From NCBI GenBank assembly GCA_963788215.1, contig CAWBFX010000008.1, forward strand, positions 30,404-94,403: a stretch of DNA of 64,000 nucleotides, in the 5' to 3' direction. Position numbers and translations under genes: made by a program. The DNA is from an uncultured Actinomycetes bacterium. GTDB taxonomy: Bacteria; Actinomycetota; Thermoleophilia; Gaiellales; Gaiellaceae. The stretch's first letter is position 1; each line of letters opens with the position of its first letter. This document shows positions 38,847-45,296 of this stretch, piece by piece. The notes under the pieces were generated by a model. The model had not been told where the DNA came from and made no database searches. It saw only the letters and a list, made by a program, of their open reading frames with translations.

Positions 38847-39082
38847 TCGCGCTCCTCCTGTTCTGCTTCCAGCTGGTCGAGCGCCGCTTCCTCGATGACT
38901 TCGTATTCCTCGTGCGAGAGGACGCCCAGCTCGAGCTGCCGCTCCGCGACCAGGAGCCGCCGGCGCGCCGACTGCGCGCCGTAGAGCTGGCGCTCGGCCT
39001 CGGCGGCGAGCTGCTCGGCGATCCAGACGGTCCCGCGGACCGGCGCGAGCGGCAGGGTCAGCAGGCCCGTGATCATGCCCAT
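38834..39082 (-). CDS. gvpG: Gas vesicle protein GvpG
   Basis: ITGLLTLPLAPVRGTVWIAEQLAAEAERQLY...LELGVLSHEEYEVIEEAALDQL. Confidence 0.85.
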   Translation of the reverse strand: MGMITGLLTLPLAPVRGTVWIAEQLAAEAERQLYGAQSARRRLLVAERQLELGVLSHEEYEVIEEAALDQLEAEQEEREWLT

Positions 39083-39850
39083 CAGCGGCGCTCCTCGAGT
39101 CTCACGAAGCTGTGCGGCGGGAGGGGCCCGACGTACGAGAAGTCGATCCGCCCGGCCTGCGCGGCGGCGAGCTCCTCCATCGCCTCGTCGAAGGCCTTCA
39201 TGCGCTTCCGCTCGACGAGGAAGGACGCGCGCAGGAGCTGGTGCTCGATCTGCTCGTCCGAGACGTCGTACGCGAGGGCGATGGCCCCGAGCCGCTCCAC
39301 GATGGAGCGGGCATCGCGCGCCGTTCGGGCCTGCAGCTCGGCCGAGACGAGCTCGCCGAGCTCCAGGAGAGCGGGAGGGGAGCCGCCGCCTTGCGTCTGC
39401 TCGCGCAGGCGCGCGACCCGCGGGCTCTCGCGGACGATCTCGGCCAGCACGGCTTCCTCGCGGTAGTGAGCAGTCACCCGCAGCTCGACGCGGTCGCGCA
39501 GCTCGCGCAGCAGCCCGGCGAGCTCGTCATGGCGCGGCTCGAGGAAGTCGCGGACGAGCGAGTCCTCGTCGTCGAAGACGATCCCGAAGCGAAGCGGTAC
39601 GACGGTCCCGCGCTCGAAGGCGGTTGCGAGCACGTCGAAGTGCGTGAGCAGGTCCGCCCGGCGCGCCCGCACCTTTCCCGGCGGCGCGGCGCTCGTGAGA
39701 GCGGCGAGCTTCCGGAAGCGGACCGGCTCGACCGACGGCGCCGGCCAGGCCGGCGTCCGGCTGCGAGGCCACGCCGTCGGCGGACGTGACGCCGTAGCAG
39801 TACAGCGCGGTTGAGAGCGGCGCCCGGGTCGGGGGGGTCTGGAGCGCCAT
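39082..39850 (-). pseudogene. gvpF: Gas vesicle protein GvpF, reading frame interrupted near 39735-39742
   Basis: N-terminus MALQTPPTRAPLSTALYCYGVTSADGVASQPDAGLAGA runs from ATG 39850 in one frame. The continuation SVEPVRFRKLAALTS...VRARRADLLTHFDVL...VVPLRF...FLV...YVGPLPPHSF is in the frame of ORF 39082..39672, which stays open upstream with no start codon. Confidence 0.7.
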
Positions 39851-39854
39851 GTGC

Positions 39855-40238
39855 CTAGTCGCGCTTCACGCGCTCCTTCACGCCCTCTTTCGCGTCCGAG
39901 GCCTTGTCCTTGGCTCCTTCCATCATCCCCTTCGCCTTTCCGCCGCCGTTGTCCCCACCGCCACCGCCGCCGTCGCGGAGCTCCGCGAGGCCGGCAGCCT
40001 CCGTCTGCGTGAGATCGAGCCGGTTGACCTGCTCGGCGAAGCGCAGGTAGGTGTCGACGCTCGCGATCACGATCCGTGCGTCGATCGTGATCAGCTCGAT
40101 CCCGATCACGGCGATCCGGACGTAGGCGTCGATCACGAGCCCCTTGTCGAGGATCAGGTCGACGACATCCGCGAGCCCGCTCGGGCTGGGCGCGCGCTGG
40201 AGGTAGTTGCTCGCGGTTCCCTGGGTTGCGATTGCCAT
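39855..40238 (-). CDS. gvpA: Major gas vesicle structural protein GvpA, copy 2 (127 aa, Gly/Lys-rich tail)
   Basis: LADVVDLILDKGLVIDAYVRIAVIGIELITIDARIVIASVDTYLRFAE. Confidence 0.9.
   Translation of the reverse strand: MAIATQGTASNYLQRAPSPSGLADVVDLILDKGLVIDAYVRIAVIGIELITIDARIVIASVDTYLRFAEQVNRLDLTQTEAAGLAELRDGGGGGGDNGGGKAKGMMEGAKDKASDAKEGVKERVKRD
40002..40238. repeat. Direct repeat unit B (5' 237 nt of gvpA copy 2)
   Basis: By eye this is near-identical to 40775..41011; I saw 2 mismatches (GCA/GCC at codon 4, GAT/GAC near codon 75). Confidence 0.8.
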
Positions 40239-40247
40239 CAGATCTCC

Positions 40248-40559
40248 TTAGGTCGATCCCGTCTGCTCTAGAGCTTTTCGCCGCTGACCGCGGCGCTTCT
40301 CGCGGTCCTGGCGCTGGGTGTCGCGGCTCGGCTCGGCCTCGGCGTGGGCGCCGCTGTCAGCGGCCTGCCCGTTGCCGTCGCCGCGCTCGCGCAGCATCGG
40401 GAGCAGCTTCTCCTGCGCGAGCGAGCCCGCTTTCCGTCCGAGGTACGCGCTGGCGGCGTGGACCACCGCGGCGACGAGCGGCGCGAGGGCCTTTCTCAGC
40501 ATCGCCTTGAGGAAGCCGCTCGTGCGGCCGGGCGACGCCGTCTCGGCGCTCTCCGCCAT
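40248..40559 (-). CDS. Hypothetical protein between the two gvpA copies (103 aa)
   Basis: ATG overlaps the gvpA-1 stop by one base (A 40559). LRKALAPLVAAVVHAASAYLGRKAGS Ala-rich segment, then a charged tail. No family recognised. Confidence 0.5.
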   Translation of the reverse strand: MAESAETASPGRTSGFLKAMLRKALAPLVAAVVHAASAYLGRKAGSLAQEKLLPMLRERGDGNGQAADSGAHAEAEPSRDTQRQDREKRRGQRRKALEQTGST

Positions 40560-41011
40560 CAGTCTTCGTCCCCCGATCCGTTGTCGTTTCTCTTCGAGGC
40601 GATCTGACGTGCCGCCGCCGCCGCAGCGCCGACCGCCGCCGCAGCCGCCGCGCCCTTCATCGCCTTGCGGATGCCCGGGCTGTCGGGCGTGACCTCGTCC
40701 TCGACGCCTTCGATGGCGCCTTCGGTCATCTTCTCGGCGCCCTTTTCCTGCAGTTCCGGGAGACCGGCGAGTTCCGTCTGCGTGAGGTCGAGCCGGTTGA
40801 CCTGCTCGGCGAAGCGCAGGTAGGTGTCGACGCTCGCGATCACGATCCGTGCGTCGATCGTGATCAGCTCGATCCCGATCACGGCGATCCGGACGTAGGC
40901 GTCGATCACGAGCCCCTTGTCGAGGATCAGGTCGACGACATCCGCGAGCCCGCTCGGGCTGGGCGCGCGCTGGAGGTAGTTGCTCGCGGTTCCCTGGGTG
41001 GCGATTGCCAT
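40559..41011 (-). CDS. gvpA: Major gas vesicle structural protein GvpA, copy 1 (150 aa, acidic + poly-Ala tail)
   Basis: First 79 aa are identical to copy 2. The tail carries KAMKGAAAAAAVGAAAAAARQIASKRNDNGSGDED. Confidence 0.9.
   Translation of the reverse strand: MAIATQGTASNYLQRAPSPSGLADVVDLILDKGLVIDAYVRIAVIGIELITIDARIVIASVDTYLRFAEQVNRLDLTQTELAGLPELQEKGAEKMTEGAIEGVEDEVTPDSPGIRKAMKGAAAAAAVGAAAAAARQIASKRNDNGSGDED
40775..41011. repeat. Direct repeat unit A (5' 237 nt of gvpA copy 1)
   Basis: See repeat unit B. The repeats are 773 nt apart in the same orientation. Confidence 0.8.
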
Positions 41012-41050
41012 TTGACGCAGCTTTTGCCCGGATTACCCGCTTCTAACCAC

Positions 41051-42034
41051 TCACGACGAGGACGTCAGCGACTTGCTGCGCTCTTCGCGCCGCTTCGCCC
41101 TGTCCTCGCGGTCCGAGTCGCGGTCCTTGTCGTCGTCGCCGGCGTCGTCATCGCTGTCGTCGCCGCGGCCCTGAGCCTCCTGCTCGTCGCCGCTCTCGTC
41201 GTCCTCCTCGTTGCCCTGGTTCTGCTCCATCTCGGCGGGCGACGACTTGTACTCGAGCCCCTTGACGTCGCCGAACTCGACGTACGCCTTGAAGCGGGCG
41301 AGGTCGGCCTCGACGGCGCGCTTCACGAAGCGCATGCCCGAGGCCATCTTCTCGAGGATCCCCGAGGGGACGAAGTCGAGCGTCACGAGCACGCGCGTGA
41401 GGTTCGAGTCCAGCTTGTGGAAGCTGATCACGCCGGAGTGCTGGGTGCCGCTCACCGACTTCCAGGCGATGCGGTCGTTCTTGCGCCGCTCGGTGATCTC
41501 CCCGTCCCACTCGCGCGTGCTGAACCAGATCTTCTCGCGCCAGTGGATCTTGTTGTTGTCCCCGTCGTCCTTCTCGACGTCGAGAACGCGATGCATGAAC
41601 TTCGGGAACTCCTCGAACTGCGTCCACGCCTGGTAGGCCTTGTCGACCGGAACGGCGACGTCGGTCCAGCGCTGAATCGGGAGCCGGCGCGTCTTGCCGC
41701 CCTTCTGGCCGCCGCCTCCGTCATCGCCGCCACCGCCACCCATCAGCTTGGAGGCGATCTTGCCGCCCGGGCCGCTCGACGCGAGGCCCTTCTTCAGGCC
41801 CTGCATGCCCTTCTTTCCGAGCTCTTCGCCTTCTTCGCTCGCCTCGCCCTGAAGCTTCTTCATCAGGTCGGGGCCTTTCTTGGCGGCGAGCCCGGCCGCC
41901 GCGGCGCTCGCTGCTGCCGCTGCCACGGGGAAGAGCACGCCCTTGCCGCCCAGCCCGGACAGGCGGGAGCGACCTTCGTCGTCGGATCCGTTTGATGAAA
42001 CCTTGTCTTCGATTTCCTCGACTGCTTCGGACAT
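41051..42034 (-). CDS. SRPBCC (START/cyclase-dehydrase fold) protein with an Ala-rich N-terminal region and an acidic tail; first gene of the gvp locus
   Basis: GGAGG RBS before ATG 42034. WTDVAVPVDKAYQAWTQFEEFPKFMHRV...IAWKSVSGTQHSGVISFHKLDSNLTRVLVTLDF...ADLARFKAYVE matches the Polyketide_cyc2-like pattern. Confidence 0.8.
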   Translation of the reverse strand: MSEAVEEIEDKVSSNGSDDEGRSRLSGLGGKGVLFPVAAAAASAAAAGLAAKKGPDLMKKLQGEASEEGEELGKKGMQGLKKGLASSGPGGKIASKLMGGGGGDDGGGGQKGGKTRRLPIQRWTDVAVPVDKAYQAWTQFEEFPKFMHRVLDVEKDDGDNNKIHWREKIWFSTREWDGEITERRKNDRIAWKSVSGTQHSGVISFHKLDSNLTRVLVTLDFVPSGILEKMASGMRFVKRAVEADLARFKAYVEFGDVKGLEYKSSPAEMEQNQGNEEDDESGDEQEAQGRGDDSDDDAGDDDKDRDSDREDRAKRREERSKSLTSSS

Positions 42035-42131
42035 GCTTCGGCCTCCTTCGTCACGGGAGTAGTGCAGCGGGGGTTGCCGGGGTGCCGTTTTGCTAAACGC
42101 GGGGTGGTTGGAACCGCGGAACTGAGCCACA

Positions 42132-43103
42132 ATGCTTGCGGGGATGCCGCCTTTCCCGAAGCCGCGCTTCGATTACGAGTACGACCTCGACCGCGAGATC
42201 GCGGCCGTGCGCGCCTACCGGCGGGAGAAGCCGGGGCGGCAGATCCCGCGGAAGGGCCGCGACCGCCTGCTGCTCGCGACCTGGAACATCGCGAATCTCG
42301 GCGTCCAGGACCGGCTCGACTCCGACTACGCGTTGATGGCCGAGGTGATGACGTGGTTCGACCTTGTCGCGGTGCAGGAGGTGAACGACGACCTGCGCGG
42401 GATCGAGGCGATCCACTCGAAGCTGCCGGCTCGCTACGACCTCCTCTTCTCCGACGCCTCGGGCAACCAGGAGCGGCAGGCGTTCCTCTACGACACGCGG
42501 AAGGTGAAGAGGCTGAGGGAGGTCGGCCGGCTGTCGATCCCGCCGAACCAGCTCTCCGCGATCAAGCTGCCGGGCACGACGACCGCGTTCCCGGGGTTCG
42601 ACCGCGGGCCCTACCTCGCGAGCTTCGAGTGCGGGTCGTTCCGCTTCTCCCTGCTGAACGTCCATCTCTACTACGGCTCGCCGGATCCGCCGGACGTCGA
42701 CCGGCGCGTGCTCGAGACGTTCGCCGTCGCGTGGTGGGCGGACCGCAAGCACCGCGACGCGCGTTCGTACGTGCCCGAGGTCGTCCCGCTCGGCGACTTC
42801 AACCTCCCGAAGCAGGAGACTGGCGACCCGATCTTCGACGCCCTCTGCGCGCGCGGGCTCCACGTGCCGCCGCACACCTCCCAGATCGGCTCGGCGATCG
42901 CGTCGGACTCGTACTACGACCAGATCGCGTTCTTCCCCGGCGCGACGCAGGACCGCTTCACGGGCGCGAGCAACGTCTTCGACTTCGACGGCGCGCTTTT
43001 CCAGGACCTCTGGCAGCAGCGCCCCGGCTCGCCGTTCCTGAGCTACGTCAGGTACCACATGAGCGACCACCGCCCGCTGTGGGCGGAGTTCCACACGACC
43101 TAG
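42132..43103 (+). CDS. Endonuclease/exonuclease/phosphatase (EEP, DNase I-like) family protein
   Basis: LLLATWNIANLG, VAVQEV, LLNVHL, PLGDFN, MSDHRPLWAEF, the canonical EEP catalytic motifs. Confidence 0.8.
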   Translation: MLAGMPPFPKPRFDYEYDLDREIAAVRAYRREKPGRQIPRKGRDRLLLATWNIANLGVQDRLDSDYALMAEVMTWFDLVAVQEVNDDLRGIEAIHSKLPARYDLLFSDASGNQERQAFLYDTRKVKRLREVGRLSIPPNQLSAIKLPGTTTAFPGFDRGPYLASFECGSFRFSLLNVHLYYGSPDPPDVDRRVLETFAVAWWADRKHRDARSYVPEVVPLGDFNLPKQETGDPIFDALCARGLHVPPHTSQIGSAIASDSYYDQIAFFPGATQDRFTGASNVFDFDGALFQDLWQQRPGSPFLSYVRYHMSDHRPLWAEFHTT

Positions 43104-43169
43104 GCCGCCGTTACAGAACCGTTACGTCTGCGTGGCCTGGACGTCGCACGATCGGCGCATCATCAACGC

Positions 43170-43547
43170 GTGCACTCCAAGCCACGGAGGTTCGGGCTTG
43201 TCGCTGTTGTCGCGCTCGTCCTGGTCCCGACTGCTGCCGCCTGGCGGCAGGCGACCTTTCGGGAGCGCGAACAGATCACGAACTGGTATCCACGTTCACT
43301 CCGCGCCGCGCCGGTGATGTGCGTGCACATCGTCATTCACATCTCGTCGAGGAACCCGCGCTACGCCCTGACGTTTCCCCAATTTCTCAACTGGCGCAGG
43401 GCGCGTTGCGCTCGTTACGTCAGCAACGGCTTCTACATCCTGGAGAAGCGCCAGCCACGGTGGCGGCTGTTGTACGAGGGCTCCGATCCTCCTCCGTGCC
43501 GGCTGAGGATTCCCCGGGACCTCACGGCATGCCTTCGCCTTCCCTGA
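43170..43547 (+). CDS. Hypothetical exported/anchored protein (125 aa)
   Basis: N-terminal FGLVAVVALVLVPTAAA hydrophobic segment. Locally lower GC. No family recognised. Confidence 0.35.
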   Translation: MHSKPRRFGLVAVVALVLVPTAAAWRQATFREREQITNWYPRSLRAAPVMCVHIVIHISSRNPRYALTFPQFLNWRRARCARYVSNGFYILEKRQPRWRLLYEGSDPPPCRLRIPRDLTACLRLP

Positions 43548-43618
43548 ACGACTCGCCGCCGCGACCGACACGGCGGGCGCGGCTCACGGGCCTTCTCGGA
43601 GAGCAGCGATTTAGAGGC

Positions 43619-43666
43619 GGTTCGAAGTCGTCATGGTGCGGCTCCCGCCGCACCGGACTTCGAACC
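43619..43666 (-). terminator. Compound hairpin 5 nt downstream of tRNA-Ile (outer stem GGTTCGAAGTC/GACTTCGAACC, inner stem GGTGCGG/CCGCACC)
   Basis: Inverted repeats read directly. No U-tract. The outer stem resembles a tRNA T-arm sequence. Confidence 0.4.
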
Positions 43667-43671
43667 GACGA

Positions 43672-43745
43672 TGGGCGATCGTGGATTCGAACCACGGACC
43701 TCCGCCTTATCAGAGCGGCGCTCTAACCAACTGAGCTAATCGCCC
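43672..43745 (-). tRNA. tRNA-Ile (anticodon GAT)
   Basis: Reverse complement GGGCGATTAGCTCAGTTGGTTAGAGCGCCGCTCTGATAAGGCGGAGGTCCGTGGTTCGAATCCACGATCGCCCA folds as a cloverleaf: 7-bp acceptor stem, GTTCGAATC T-loop, anticodon loop CTGATAA. Confidence 0.9.
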
Positions 43746-43830
43746 GCGCGAGCGGCCCATGGTAGCCGCACCCGGCTCAGGGATGTTGCCGCCGACCAGA
43801 CGGGCCGAAAGACGTCTCAGTACTGCGGCG

Positions 43831-44010
43831 ATGAAGATTGGTGACCCCGTCCTCCATCAGGGCCGGCGCTACTTTCTGCGCGGGCTCGACCCGATGAGCG
43901 TGCCCAACAGGCGCGCCATGCTCGAGGACGCCCAGACGGGCGAGGAGACGACCGCGCCCATCGCCGAGCTTGAGCCCTGCCCGCCGAACGATCGCCTCGA
44001 AGCGAGCTGA
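43831..44010 (+). CDS. Hypothetical small protein (59 aa from the inner ATG)
   Basis: MKIGDPVLHQGRRYFLRGLDPMSVPNRRAMLEDAQTGEE... has plausible composition. No family recognised. Confidence 0.3.
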   Translation: MKIGDPVLHQGRRYFLRGLDPMSVPNRRAMLEDAQTGEETTAPIAELEPCPPNDRLEAS

Positions 44011-44056
44011 GTTTGACGCGCTACCCTCTGGCTATGATCGAGGCTCGGGACGCCTG

Positions 44057-44572
44057 ATGTACGAGATGGTCATCTACGGCGTGAGTTTCGACCTCGTCGG
44101 CAAGCAGCCGATCGTTCTCCTCAAGACAGCCGACGGGAACAAGTTCCTCCCGATCTGGATCGGCCACCCGGAAGCGGCCGCCATCCTCATGAAGCTGCAG
44201 GGCGCGAGCACGCCCAGGCCGATGACTCACGACCTCTTCACGGCCATGCTCGGCGAGCTCGACGCGCAGGTCGTCCGCATCACCGTGACCGAGCTGAAGG
44301 AGAACACCTTCTACGCGAGCATCACGGTGCAGCAGAACGGCTCCGAGATCGAGATCGACTCGCGGCCGTCCGATGCGATCGCCCTGGCGGTTCGCGCCGA
44401 CGCGCCGATCTTCGCGGCCGAGGAGGTCATCGAGGAGTCCGCGATCGAGTTCGAGGGGGAGGGCGAGGAAGTGAACGAGGAAGAGGTCCAGGAGATCGTC
44501 TCCGAGTTCAAGCAGTTCCTCGAGCACGTCACCCCGGACGAGTTCGCCGAGGCGAGCGGCGAAGACGACTAG
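44057..44572 (+). CDS. Bifunctional nuclease (BFN/DUF151) family protein
   Basis: PIVLLKTADGNKFLPIWIGHPEAAAI...RPMTHDL...FYASI...IDSRPSDAIALAVRADAPIF. Confidence 0.85.
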   Translation: MYEMVIYGVSFDLVGKQPIVLLKTADGNKFLPIWIGHPEAAAILMKLQGASTPRPMTHDLFTAMLGELDAQVVRITVTELKENTFYASITVQQNGSEIEIDSRPSDAIALAVRADAPIFAAEEVIEESAIEFEGEGEEVNEEEVQEIVSEFKQFLEHVTPDEFAEASGEDD

Positions 44573-44847
44573 CCCTGGCGGTCGACCTCACGCTTGGTGA
44601 GGTCGAGGATCGCCTCGAGGACCTCCCTGAGGCCCTCCGCCGAGAGCGGCCCGCGGTTGGCGCGGCTCAGGTACTGCAGCATCCACTCCTCGCGCTCGGG
44701 GTCGACGAACGACATTCCCCGCGACTCCTTGTAGCTCTTCAGGCGCGCGACGAGCTTCAGCCGCGCGTTGATCGCCTCGACGATCGCGCGGTCGTTGTCG
44801 GAGATCTGTTCTCGCAGCTGCCGGATCAGCGGGTCTGGCTCGCTCAT
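44569..44847 (-). CDS. Chorismate mutase (AroQ class, monofunctional)
   Basis: LRQLREQISDNDRAIVEAINARLKLVARLKSYKESRG...DPEREEWMLQYL. Confidence 0.85.
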   Translation of the reverse strand: MSEPDPLIRQLREQISDNDRAIVEAINARLKLVARLKSYKESRGMSFVDPEREEWMLQYLSRANRGPLSAEGLREVLEAILDLTKREVDRQG

Positions 44848-45296
44848 CGTCCTCGAAGCTTGACGTAGACGGGCTTCGCGCGCCCGTGCATCGTGAGCAC
44901 GCGGTAGACGTACGTGACGCGGGACTCGACCGGTTCGCCGAGCGCGGGTGTCTGCTCGTGGGCGTAGACGTAGATCCCGCGGCGTCGTTCTACCACGCGG
45001 TCGACCACGAGCTTGTAGCCGGTGCTCGACCGCGGCCCGAGCGAGATCACGACGACCTGGTCGCGGTCCCAGTTGAGCTTCGGCGCCCGCGGTGCCCGGC
45101 CGGGCATGGTCGCGTCGAGCAGGCGCGTGAACGAGCCGCGCGAGTGGTAGACGCCGAGGGCTCGGCGGGTGAACTCGACCGTGCCCATCTTCCCGGTGAC
45201 GTCGCGCCAGGCGACCGCATGCGATCCGCCCGCGCCCCACACCTGCGTGTAGACGAGCCAACCGGCCGCGACGAGCGCGACCGCGGCGACGCTAAT
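44844..45296 (-). CDS. Membrane-anchored PrcB_C-domain protein
   Basis: VAAVALVAAGWLV anchor. LNWDRDQVVVISLGPRSSTGYKLVVDRVV...YVYAHEQTP fits the PrcB C-terminal pattern. The start is unresolved: only ATT at 45296 or a downstream GTG is available without a deep overlap of the upstream gene. Confidence 0.55.
   Translation of the reverse strand: MSVAAVALVAAGWLVYTQVWGAGGSHAVAWRDVTGKMGTVEFTRRALGVYHSRGSFTRLLDATMPGRAPRAPKLNWDRDQVVVISLGPRSSTGYKLVVDRVVERRRGIYVYAHEQTPALGEPVESRVTYVYRVLTMHGRAKPVYVKLRGR

Noticed and set aside
38390-38984. Several overlapping ORFs on both strands inside gvpO (74-180 aa)
   Set aside because: They are products of the repetitive acidic/Q-rich coding region. Only the 38151..38846 frame ends in a recognisable GvpO domain.
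43619-43666. Possible second (partial) tRNA next to tRNA-Ile, because of the GGTTCGAA sequence
   Set aside because: No acceptor, D or anticodon arms can be drawn. The sequence folds as a simple compound hairpin, so it is treated as a terminator or att-like remnant.
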